The position numbers and the translations under genes are program-made. DNA of 32,000 bases from Opitutales bacterium (GTDB lineage: Bacteria > Verrucomicrobiota > Verrucomicrobiia > Opitutales > UBA9783), in NCBI GenBank assembly GCA_046881885.1, contig JBKSMP010000024.1, positions 96,744 to 128,743 on the forward strand. Reading direction: 5' to 3'. Positions 8,839 to 16,748 of this stretch are shown piece by piece; the first letter of the stretch is position 1; every line of letters starts with the position of its first letter. Below the pieces are notes generated by a model that worked only from the letters and a program-made list of their open reading frames with translations, did no database searches and was not told the DNA's origin.

Positions 8839-10320
8839 TCAATAAGCCGTTGCAAAAACCGCAAGTGGGCAATTTGTTTTTTGTGTAAACAAACAAGTAC
8901 CACGCTCGGATGCAAAAGATTGTGGAAGACAGCGTACCGTAACCTTTAATTCTTCTTTAATTTTTGCTTCAACAGCTGGATCTTCCGACCAATAAGCAAG
9001 CGCAAACCCTCCCTCATTCTTAAAGAATTTATAAAATTCCTCCACCGATTCCGTACGCTTAAGCGAAGCCTGTAAGCGCTGAGAAGCTTTTTGGAATAAA
9101 CGCTGCTGCATCTGTTCCAAATTTTGTGCAAATTGAGCAACAAAAGCCTCTTGTTGTACGGTTTGTTTCTTCAAATCGTCACGCCAAGAAAACGTAAGCG
9201 TACGATTTTGAACTTCCGATGGTCCTACTTCAATCAAACAACACGCACCTTTTTTAATCCATTGCCAACGTTTTTCACCGCCACGCAAATCACGCTTATC
9301 GAGCTCTACTGAAACAGTCCCAAAGGCATTCTGGACACACAACTGCTGTTTTAATTCTGCACAATAAGCTTCAATCGATGCACGCTGAGCTTCGTCGTGA
9401 ATAATCGGCAAAATAACCGCATGCGTATTGGCAATTCGAGGCGGCAAAACCAAACCGTCATCATCGGAATGCGTCATAATGAGCGCACCAATAAGACGCG
9501 TTGTAACCCCCCAAGAAGTCGTCCAGGCGTACTTTGTTTCGCCATCGGCATCCACAAATTGAATGTTCATGGCTTTGGAGAAATTTTGTCCTAAAAAGTG
9601 CGATGTTCCCAATTGCAAAGCTTTTCGATCCTGCATCATAGCCTCTAAGGTATACGTAGAAAGCGCACCTGGGAAACGTTCGCTAGCGGTTTTTTCTCCT
9701 ACAATCACGGGAATAGCCAATACGTCCTCAGCTAATTTCCGATAAACCTCCAACATACGCAAGGTTTCTTCACGTGCTTCCACCTCGGTCGCATGAGCCG
9801 TATGCCCTTCTTGCCACAAAAACTCCGAAGTACGCAAAAACAAACGTGTACGCATTTCCCAACGCACGACATTGGCCCATTGATTAATCAAAAGAGGCAA
9901 ATCGCGGTAAGATTGAATCCAGCGCGAAAAGGCTTCTCCGATGATGGTTTCAGAAGTCGGACGAACAATTAGCGGCTCTTCCAAAGGGGATTGAGGAACA
10001 AGACGGCCCTCATCATTGGCTTTCAAACGTGAATGAGTAACGACAGCACATTCCTTTGCAAATCCTTCCACATGTTTGGCTTCTTTTTCCAGAAAACTAA
10101 CGGGAATAAAGAGTGGGAAATACGCATTTTTCACACCTAATGCCTTAAATTCCGAATCCAAGGTTTGCTGCAAACTTTCCCAAATTTGATACCCATAAGG
10201 CTTTAGAATCATGCAACCTCTTACAGGGGAATGTTCCGCTAAATCAGCAACTTTAATAACCTGCTGATACCATTCGGAATAATTTTCTGCACGTGTAGGA
10301 CTCACTCCGGTCTTCTTCAT
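8839..10320 (-). CDS. proS: Prolyl-tRNA synthetase, archaeal/eukaryal-like class II form (no INS editing domain)
   Basis: The 493-aa product has a class II core (..FPLFIP.., ..RPTSET.., ..WQEGHTAH.., GTSHFLGQNF), an anticodon-binding domain and the C-terminal ...ATAY tail typical of this ProRS type. Confidence 0.94.
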   Translation of the reverse strand: MKKTGVSPTRAENYSEWYQQVIKVADLAEHSPVRGCMILKPYGYQIWESLQQTLDSEFKALGVKNAYFPLFIPVSFLEKEAKHVEGFAKECAVVTHSRLKANDEGRLVPQSPLEEPLIVRPTSETIIGEAFSRWIQSYRDLPLLINQWANVVRWEMRTRLFLRTSEFLWQEGHTAHATEVEAREETLRMLEVYRKLAEDVLAIPVIVGEKTASERFPGALSTYTLEAMMQDRKALQLGTSHFLGQNFSKAMNIQFVDADGETKYAWTTSWGVTTRLIGALIMTHSDDDGLVLPPRIANTHAVILPIIHDEAQRASIEAYCAELKQQLCVQNAFGTVSVELDKRDLRGGEKRWQWIKKGACCLIEVGPSEVQNRTLTFSWRDDLKKQTVQQEAFVAQFAQNLEQMQQRLFQKASQRLQASLKRTESVEEFYKFFKNEGGFALAYWSEDPAVEAKIKEELKVTVRCLPQSFASERGTCLFTQKTNCPLAVFATAY

Positions 10321-10429
10321 AATCCATTATCCAAGCGACTTCTTTACAGTTTTGCAATCTTCTTCTACAAAAATATCAAAGCCCCACAAATAGTATCTGC
10401 AGGGCCCTTTCTAGATTTAAAGTAAAAAC

Positions 10430-11080
10430 TTAAAATTGATAACGCAAACCAAACTCGAGCGAATGCATATACGGCGTCTTGAGCGGCTTGATATCAGCAT
10501 TAAAATCTTTATGCGCAAAGGTTACGGTTTCTGTCTTCATGCAACGATACCCCATGGTCAACATCCAATTAGAACTGATTTCATAGGATACACCTGCCAT
10601 AAGCTGACCAGCAAACGCATATTTGACTAAATCGTAGTTTGCATTAAACATAGCATTTTCATAAAAATGATACTTCAATCGTACAAGACCACAGCCAGCA
10701 CCGACATAAAAAGAAACCTGATCTTGCAATTTAAAATCATAATATACATTCAACATGGAAGACAAAGCTGTAAAACGTGCATTTTGACAATCATCACCAC
10801 CATGATTAAAAATCGTAGCATAATGCTTTGCCGCACGATCTTTCACTTCTTTATTTTCGTATTGAATAATACCCAACTGAAATCCCAAACGCCAATTATC
10901 ATATTGGATACCAATTTCGCCATTCAAAAGCGGTGCGCTTTTGTAAGAAACCCCATCCTTTTTCTGAGGAACACAATAGCCTGCTTTTAATTCAACATAC
11001 TTACGAAAGGCATTATCTGCATGCAAACAACTCGCACAAACACCTACGAACAACCCAATTACTTTTGTACTTACTTTCAT
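10430..11080 (-). CDS. Small outer-membrane beta-barrel protein (OmpA-like/OMP_b-brl type, 8-strand class)
   Basis: The signal peptide is MKVSTKVIGLFVGVCASCLHA/DNA. The body shows alternating amphipathic beta-strand patterning with aromatic girdles, and the terminal sequence GLRYQF ends in Phe. The mature part contains four Cys. Confidence 0.72.
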   Translation of the reverse strand: MKVSTKVIGLFVGVCASCLHADNAFRKYVELKAGYCVPQKKDGVSYKSAPLLNGEIGIQYDNWRLGFQLGIIQYENKEVKDRAAKHYATIFNHGGDDCQNARFTALSSMLNVYYDFKLQDQVSFYVGAGCGLVRLKYHFYENAMFNANYDLVKYAFAGQLMAGVSYEISSNWMLTMGYRCMKTETVTFAHKDFNADIKPLKTPYMHSLEFGLRYQF

Positions 11081-11177
11081 TTAAAAAAATATTCTCAGAT
11101 AAGAATCACACAACAAACAGCACAAAGTCAAGCCATCATTACATGAATTTTATTCAATTTCACCTAAAATCAAAAAT

Positions 11178-11265
11178 TCCGAACACAAACAGCAGGCCGC
11201 CTAATGGAAACTGCCCGACCTCACAATCGGGCAGTAATGTTTTTTTGTCAAATCTTTTATTTATT
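11178..11265 (-). repeat. Copy A of an 88-nt conserved 3'-end module (last two codons, TAA, hairpin and a conserved distal block)
   Basis: 80 of 88 positions are identical to 11964-12051 by my hand alignment. Four of the eight differences fall in the hairpin loop. Confidence 0.9.
11211..11234 (-). terminator. GC-rich hairpin downstream of the 223-aa paralog (candidate intrinsic terminator)
   Basis: CTGCCCGA-cctcacaa-TCGGGCAG forms an 8-bp stem. On the gene-sense strand it is followed only by TTT. On the opposite strand it is followed, after 5 nt, by T7. Confidence 0.5.
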
Positions 11266-11928
11266 ACTTTGCTCAGACATAAGCACATCAAAATCAGATT
11301 GTAACCTTGGAGGTATTTGATTTCGATTCGTGTATAATTGACTTGGTGTAATTTTATTTGCTCTTATTAATCTAGTAGCTGCATTTTTTTTCCCAGGTGT
11401 CGCCGTTCTTTGTATATAATCAAAAATCTGCTGACCAGTAACCCCCTTAGGCTTTCTTGCTTCTTTTTCACGGCGTCTTTGCTCCTCTGCTTGTGCCGCC
11501 TTGCATACTTTACAGGTTTGCCCCATATCCAAAACTTGAACAAGATCACATAAAATTGTTACTTCCGATAACAAACGATCGCATTTTTCCAACAAAGCGC
11601 GATAAACCCTATCCGCATTCAACGGATCCACTTCTAACGTACCCGTATCGGTCGTCCTAACAGCCAATTCCTGCTTCAAAGTCCGACAATGGTGACGATT
11701 CCTTACACCTCGTAAGCGCTGGGCCTCTAGCTCATGCTCCTGTACAAACGCCTCCTCTACATCACTATCCCAATTATCAACTTCAAATTCATCTAAACGC
11801 AATTTCAAAGTTTCCACAGGGCATTGGCCGATCTTGTGATCCATCCCACAAACGTCACAAAAATCTCCCCACAAAAGCCCTTGCAAACCCAAACCTAAAC
11901 CGATACATTTGAACACACTACTCTTCAT
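11257..11928 (-). CDS. Hypothetical protein (~223 aa) with two CxxC motifs and a C-terminal module shared with the upstream 797-aa protein
   Basis: ATG 11928 (MKSSVFKCIGLGLGLQGLLWG...) has AAGGAAA ~9 nt upstream and is preferred to the TTG at 11955. The C-terminal ~80 aa align with the C-terminus of ORF 12043-14436 (AEEQRRRE-EARKPKG-TGQQ...TP.KK..A.R..RA..I.P...Y...NK*). Confidence 0.7.
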   Translation of the reverse strand: MKSSVFKCIGLGLGLQGLLWGDFCDVCGMDHKIGQCPVETLKLRLDEFEVDNWDSDVEEAFVQEHELEAQRLRGVRNRHHCRTLKQELAVRTTDTGTLEVDPLNADRVYRALLEKCDRLLSEVTILCDLVQVLDMGQTCKVCKAAQAEEQRRREKEARKPKGVTGQQIFDYIQRTATPGKKNAATRLIRANKITPSQLYTNRNQIPPRLQSDFDVLMSEQSNK

Positions 11929-11963
11929 ATTATCATTTTCCTTTCTTTTAATCAAACAAACGC

Positions 11964-12051
11964 TCCGAACACAAACAGCAGGCCGCCTAATGCAAACTGC
12001 CCGACTTGATAGTCGGGCAGCAATGGTTTTTTGTCAAATTTTTTATTTATT
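11964..12051 (-). repeat. Copy B of the 88-nt conserved 3'-end module
   Basis: 80 of 88 positions are identical to 11178-11265. It sits at the same position relative to the stop codon of its gene. Confidence 0.9.
11997..12020 (-). terminator. GC-rich hairpin downstream of the 797-aa paralog (candidate intrinsic terminator)
   Basis: CTGCCCGAC-ttgata-GTCGGGCAG forms a 9-bp stem. The stem is conserved with copy A while the loop differs. Confidence 0.5.
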
Positions 12052-14436
12052 TTCTTTTTCTAAACTCTTAAAAGCTTCATGAAAAAATGGATCTAGTTGA
12101 CTCAAACTTAAATAAGTTGTACCAGGCTGTATTCTTTGGGCTCGCACCGCTCGATTGGCAAGCATACTTTTTTTAGGCGTACCATGCTGCACGACATAAT
12201 TTACCAGTTGTTGTCCCGTAAACCCCTTAGGCTTTCTAGCTTCTTCTTCACGGCGTCTTTGCTCCTCTGCTGCAAGACGTCTACGTTCTGCCTCTTCGCG
12301 CTCAAGACGTTCTCTCTCCAGGCGCTGCTGTTCCGCCAACTTCCGCTGTTCTTCTTCTCTGCGCTTACGCTCCTCCTCGGCTTTCCTTTTCTGCTCTGCC
12401 TCTTCCTTAGCTTTACGTTCCGCTTCTTTTTGCTGTCGGCTAAGCTCCGCTTGACGTTTTTGTTCTGCCTCTAATCTTTCGTTTTCCTCTTCCAATAAAA
12501 GCTCTACCCCTCGAACCATATCCATATCCAGCTCTGCCACATCTGATTCCCGCTGCTTTAGCAACACATCCATCGACGCTTCTATTCTTTGCTGATTAAC
12601 AATATTTTTCGATCTTTGCTTTAAAAACATATACTTTTCATCCAACTTACCGTAAATCGCCTTCTTTTTCCTCTGAAAATGACTTACATCCAACAATTCA
12701 AAACATTCTTTCTTCTCATTGTAATCTAAAAACATCGGCTCTGGAAACCGACATTCCTGCCGAGACACAAAATTCTGAAGCGCTTTAAACAAAAGCTCAT
12801 CTGTAGCAAAAACATACACTTTAATTTCTAATTGTTGCTTTTGATTTTCTGGACTGATCGAATCTTTAATACAAAGAAACTTATCTCCTATCCCTGATCG
12901 ACCTAAAGAATAATTTGTCAAAACATGCTGCACCTCTGCATTTTTTTCTTTCAAACAAGATTTCCACAACAAACCATAAAATATATTTTTTAAACTACGC
13001 GGACTAAGATACAAAGCTATTGATTTTTCATCTTTTTTGCCGTTTTCAAGAAACTTCTGCCCCGTTGCTTGACATAAATCTTCACTAATTAACGCATTAA
13101 AAGAAGGTTTTAATACTTTACTATTTAAAACACAGGAAGCATTTAACTGCTGCAACATAGACACTTTAATTTCCTTTAAAAAATAAAATTTATTATCTTC
13201 TATTTGCGGATATAAAGAAATCTCTTCTTCCTTTCCATTATCCCAAAAAATTGATTTTTTATTGTAAAGACATACAGAAAAAGCTGTTAAATCAACATTC
13301 TTATTTTCCATACTTTCCAAGGACAAAAAACAACTTTCCAAGGACAAAAAACAATATATCTCTGGAATAACCACCTTACCTTCTCTTTTTTCTGCAGAAA
13401 AGAAAATAAATTTATTTAACGAACCATCGTTCAAAGAAGGAAACCGATCTAAATAAGTAGAAGCTGATTGTAAAAGCTTCAATTTTTTTTCCCCCCCAAA
13501 AAAATGTTGTAAAGCAAAAGCACAAGCCTTTTTATTTGCATAGATATCTTTATCCAATTTATCAAAAGAATCAATTTCTTCCTTTGGGCTCAGCTCAACA
13601 CGATGCGAATCATTTAATAATTCATAAAAACATTCCTTCAATTTGGATTTGTAACCTTCCGGAAAAATTCTCAATATACCCTGCAAAGGATCTTTAAATT
13701 TACAATAAAAATTTTTAATGGAAAGTTCATCAAATTGTTGCATATAAAAAACTAACAAATTTTTCAATATTTGTTGTAAGGGAAGCAAAACACCTAACTG
13801 ATTACTTAAGTTTTCTACCGCTATTAAACTAATAAGTACATTTATACAATTTTTGTAAACTTGATCATTCGCAAAATCATCTACATCTTCGTTTACAAAC
13901 AATCTAAAACAATGCTTTGCTAAATTTTCATTAAATTCTTCATTTTTACTTAAACTTACAATTTCTGCCTTATGTTTTTTTATAAAATCTTTAAACAAAT
14001 CCTCTTTTTTCTTATAAAATGTACTTTTAATTAAAGTCTTGCCTTCTGCATCTAAAACGTCACTAAAATTGTAAAAATAGCTTTCATCAAAATTCAAAGT
14101 TGCTGACTGAACACTAAGATGCTGTATATTATACACTAAAAACCTAGCCAAAACCTTTTGAAGATTTGCTAAAATTTCATATTCTAATGCATCTGTTTTT
14201 CCTCTTTCTAAAATCTGTTTTATCTCCTTTGCTGTTTGAGAATAACGATCTTCTTCATCTTGCAAACCAAACAAAGAAAAACAATTCTTAATATCATCTT
14301 CTCGAAAACTCTTTTTTTTACTCAAATCTTTTATTGTTTGTATATTTTTCTCATTCAAAAGACGATCCGCCTTTACCGCGCTTAACGAAAAAGCAATAAA
14401 AACAAAACACTTAACAATACTATAAATTTTATGCAT
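12043..14436 (-). CDS. Hypothetical exported protein (797 aa): signal peptide, AT-rich K/N/F/L-rich region, E/R/K charged coiled-coil, shared basic C-terminal module
   Basis: The start is ATG. The signal peptide is MHKIYSIVKCFVFIAFSLSAVKA/DRL. Residues ~647-730 are almost pure E/R/K/Q/A heptad-like sequence. The last ~67 aa are homologous to the C-terminus of ORF 11257-11928. Confidence 0.8.
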   Translation of the reverse strand: MHKIYSIVKCFVFIAFSLSAVKADRLLNEKNIQTIKDLSKKKSFREDDIKNCFSLFGLQDEEDRYSQTAKEIKQILERGKTDALEYEILANLQKVLARFLVYNIQHLSVQSATLNFDESYFYNFSDVLDAEGKTLIKSTFYKKKEDLFKDFIKKHKAEIVSLSKNEEFNENLAKHCFRLFVNEDVDDFANDQVYKNCINVLISLIAVENLSNQLGVLLPLQQILKNLLVFYMQQFDELSIKNFYCKFKDPLQGILRIFPEGYKSKLKECFYELLNDSHRVELSPKEEIDSFDKLDKDIYANKKACAFALQHFFGGEKKLKLLQSASTYLDRFPSLNDGSLNKFIFFSAEKREGKVVIPEIYCFLSLESCFLSLESMENKNVDLTAFSVCLYNKKSIFWDNGKEEEISLYPQIEDNKFYFLKEIKVSMLQQLNASCVLNSKVLKPSFNALISEDLCQATGQKFLENGKKDEKSIALYLSPRSLKNIFYGLLWKSCLKEKNAEVQHVLTNYSLGRSGIGDKFLCIKDSISPENQKQQLEIKVYVFATDELLFKALQNFVSRQECRFPEPMFLDYNEKKECFELLDVSHFQRKKKAIYGKLDEKYMFLKQRSKNIVNQQRIEASMDVLLKQRESDVAELDMDMVRGVELLLEEENERLEAEQKRQAELSRQQKEAERKAKEEAEQKRKAEEERKRREEEQRKLAEQQRLERERLEREEAERRRLAAEEQRRREEEARKPKGFTGQQLVNYVVQHGTPKKSMLANRAVRAQRIQPGTTYLSLSQLDPFFHEAFKSLEKENK
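13313..13354 (-). repeat. Perfect 21-bp tandem duplication inside the 797-aa CDS
   Basis: CTTTCCAAGGACAAAAAACAA occurs twice back to back (13313-13333 and 13334-13354). It encodes CFLSLES-CFLSLES in frame. Confidence 0.95.
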
Positions 14437-14525
14437 GGAACAAAAGTGATTCCCAAACTACTAAATGTCAACACAATTTAACAAAAAATAATACCTACAC
14501 TTATCCCAAAATTAATTTTACCAAA

Positions 14526-15848
14526 TCAAACCCAATCAAAAATAATCGCAAACAATGCAAAAAGGAACAAAGGAATATTATAATGTAAAAACGTTGGAAC
14601 ACAGGTATCTTTGACATGATCATGTTGACCATCGACATTAAGACCGGCAGTAGGACCAAGTGTGGTATCCGATACAGGCGCTCCAGCATCACCCAAGGCT
14701 GCTGCGGCAGTTACCAGCATAATAATTTGAGGACCCGTAAAATTTAAACCCAAACAAACCGGAACAAATACGGTCGCAATAATAGGAATTGTTCCAAAAG
14801 AAGATCCGATACCCATAGTTATAATAAGGCCAACACAAAGAATACAAAAAGCACATATGCCTTTATTCGCCGGCAATAACTGCAGTAAATCACTCGCAAG
14901 CGTTTGTATACAACCCGTCTCTTTCAAAACATTTGCAAAACCTGCTGCAGCCAACATTACAAAAGCCACAAAACCCATCATATAAATCCCTTCATACATG
15001 AGCTGATCCAAAGCCTTCTTTTCAACCACTTTTAAAACAAATAACACACTTAAGCCAACAATAGCACCTAGAGGCAATGAATGAAAAACAAGCTGAATTA
15101 CAAAAGTAAGAACCATAGCTCCTATCATAATCCATTGTTGTCGCTTACTCAAAGAAGGTTTTTTAGGCTTATCTTCTACTATCGCTACAGAATTAGATTC
15201 ACTATAGATACGGGGTTTTTTATAAGAAAATAAAAGCGCCCAAACCAGACCTACAACAAAAGAAAAACCTAAAAGCAAAAAAGGAAGTTGAGCATCATGA
15301 AAACACACACATACACCATTTTGATTAATATTATCTAAAACCAAGCCCTGAAAAATAATTCCAAAACCTACCGGAAAAGCAACATAAGGCATCGTTAAAC
15401 CGAATGCTAAAATACAAGCAACCGCCCGACGGTCTATCCGGAGTTTATTCATTGTCTTTAAAAGAGGCGGTATAACCATAGGAATAAATGCAATATGAAT
15501 GGGAACCAATGTTTGAGACGCCATCGCCATAAGCATTAAAAACAGGTAAAGCAACGATTTTTTGCCTTTTGTAAGCAGCGTAATTTTTTCCGACAAAAGA
15601 CTAGCACAACCAGTATGAATCATAGTAGCCGCAAAAGCACCCAACAGGATATAACTTAAAGCCGTTTCGCAATTATCCCCCATGCCACCTATAAAGGTAT
15701 CCATAATCACCTTAAAGGGCATTTGGACACATAAGCCAGCTATCAATGCCGAAAGAATAAGAGCCAACAAAACATTAACCTTCTTTAAACAAAGTAGATA
15801 CAATACACAAACCGAAACAACAACTGGATTTAAAATCAGCTTTAACAT
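14526..15848 (-). CDS. Polytopic permease of the NhaC/YuiF-like Na+/H+ antiporter family (ion-transporter superfamily)
   Basis: The protein has ~11-12 hydrophobic segments. The N-terminal block ...GGMGDNCETALSYILLGAFAATMIHTG... resembles the YuiF/NhaC-family signature as I recall it. ATG 15848 is preferred over the GTG at 15854. Confidence 0.7.
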   Translation of the reverse strand: MLKLILNPVVVSVCVLYLLCLKKVNVLLALILSALIAGLCVQMPFKVIMDTFIGGMGDNCETALSYILLGAFAATMIHTGCASLLSEKITLLTKGKKSLLYLFLMLMAMASQTLVPIHIAFIPMVIPPLLKTMNKLRIDRRAVACILAFGLTMPYVAFPVGFGIIFQGLVLDNINQNGVCVCFHDAQLPFLLLGFSFVVGLVWALLFSYKKPRIYSESNSVAIVEDKPKKPSLSKRQQWIMIGAMVLTFVIQLVFHSLPLGAIVGLSVLFVLKVVEKKALDQLMYEGIYMMGFVAFVMLAAAGFANVLKETGCIQTLASDLLQLLPANKGICAFCILCVGLIITMGIGSSFGTIPIIATVFVPVCLGLNFTGPQIIMLVTAAAALGDAGAPVSDTTLGPTAGLNVDGQHDHVKDTCVPTFLHYNIPLFLFALFAIIFDWV

Positions 15849-15981
15849 AAGCACTTAAACGCTTGTAAAAAATTTTTTAAATCCGCAATAAAAATATGAA
15901 AAACAGGACTTCCCATTAAACACTAATTAAAAGAAAAATAAAAAGAAAAATCAAGCTGAGCAATAGGCCCCATCGTTTAAC

Positions 15982-16068
15982 TGGTGGTGGGGGAGCGATT
16001 CGAACGCTCGAAAGGGAAACCCTGACAGATTTACAGTCTGCATCCTTTAGCCACTTGGATACCCCACC
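15982..16068 (-). tRNA. tRNA-Tyr (anticodon GTA), class II with long variable arm, CCA encoded
   Basis: The reverse complement folds as acceptor GGTGGGG/CCCCACC, anticodon stem GCAGA/TCTGT with loop CT-GTA-AA, a long variable arm, T arm GAGCG-TTCGAAT-CGCTC, discriminator A and CCA. Confidence 0.93.
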
Positions 16069-16171
16069 ACTGTGATTATTAAATGTAAGTGTTTTTTTTT
16101 ACTTGCCAAGAACTTTTTTGAAAAAATTTAATACATTGACTTCAAAACAAGTTTTAGACAATTCTAATACC

Positions 16172-16609
16172 ATGCAAATTGAAACGTTCAATGAACACAG
16201 TATTTATAAAATAGCAGACGTAAACCCTATCCTAGAAGCGCTAGAATCCTACATACCTATCGGTTATACAGAAATCTCAATCGCCTTTGTAACAGAACAA
16301 ACAATCTGTGATCTACATGAACGTTTTTTGCAAAATCCAGATCCAACAGACGTTATTACCTTTCCTGCAAGCGATGAAGATGTAGAAAAAGTTGGCGAAA
16401 TTTGCATCTCTGTTGATGAAGCCTTAAAATATTGCAACGAAAATAATTCCCTTGAAGAAGAGTTAACGCTCTATCTAGTTCATGGTTGGTTACATTTAGC
16501 GCATTATGATGATATCCAAGAAGAAGATCGTTCGCTTATGCGTCAAAAAGAGAAAGAAGCTCTAGCATTCCTTAAAACACAAAAAATCTCAAGGCTTATT
16601 CTTCTTTAA
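16172..16609 (+). CDS. ybeY: Endoribonuclease YbeY (rRNA maturation factor)
   Basis: The metal-binding motif VHGWLHLAHYDD matches H-G-x-L-H-L-x-G-Y-D. At 145 aa from ATG 16172 the length is typical. The ORF-track start at 16103 is TTG. Confidence 0.87.
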   Translation: MQIETFNEHSIYKIADVNPILEALESYIPIGYTEISIAFVTEQTICDLHERFLQNPDPTDVITFPASDEDVEKVGEICISVDEALKYCNENNSLEEELTLYLVHGWLHLAHYDDIQEEDRSLMRQKEKEALAFLKTQKISRLILL

Positions 16610-16748
16610 AATCCCTACATTTGCTAGCTTTACTAATAAAGTTACAATTCCTCCACTTTGAGCATTGACTTTTATAAAAAAAGGAGGTCTTATTATAGTA
16701 GAGCTATTTTGTTAGCAGTTTTTCATTTTCCTATAGTCAATTAATTTT

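Noticed and set aside
10375-10420. A possible terminator hairpin downstream of the OMP gene (AAAGCCCC...GGGCCCTTT).
   Set aside because: The arms pair only with a 2-nt bulge and mismatches. It is too weak to call.
10933-11304. A 123-aa plus-strand ORF spans the OMP start, the intergenic region and repeat copy A.
   Set aside because: It overlaps the antisense of two supported genes and the conserved non-coding module. Its composition is not protein-like.
12136-12474. A 112-aa plus-strand ORF lies opposite the charged region of the 797-aa gene.
   Set aside because: It is the antisense reading of an E/R/K-rich repeat, which yields an S/L/F-rich string. This is an artefact of low-complexity sequence.
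12223-12498. The repetitive-looking GAA/GAG/CGN-rich DNA was considered as a possible tandem-repeat or CRISPR-like array.
   Set aside because: It has no regular repeat-spacer periodicity. It is in-frame coding low complexity (a charged coiled coil) within a long ORF.
14501-14692. A 63-aa minus-strand ORF overlaps the 3' end of the permease gene in another frame.
   Set aside because: It is fully overlapped by the 442-aa membrane-protein frame, so it is a shadow ORF.
16665-16696. TTGACT ... TATTAT was considered as a sigma-70 promoter upstream of rho, together with a perfect AAGGAGGT at 16681-16688.
   Set aside because: The -35/-10 spacing is 20 nt, which is too long. The SD-like sequence is not followed by a usable start codon (ATA/ATT only, with a stop after ~7 codons). 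I cannot support a promoter or a leader peptide from sequence alone.
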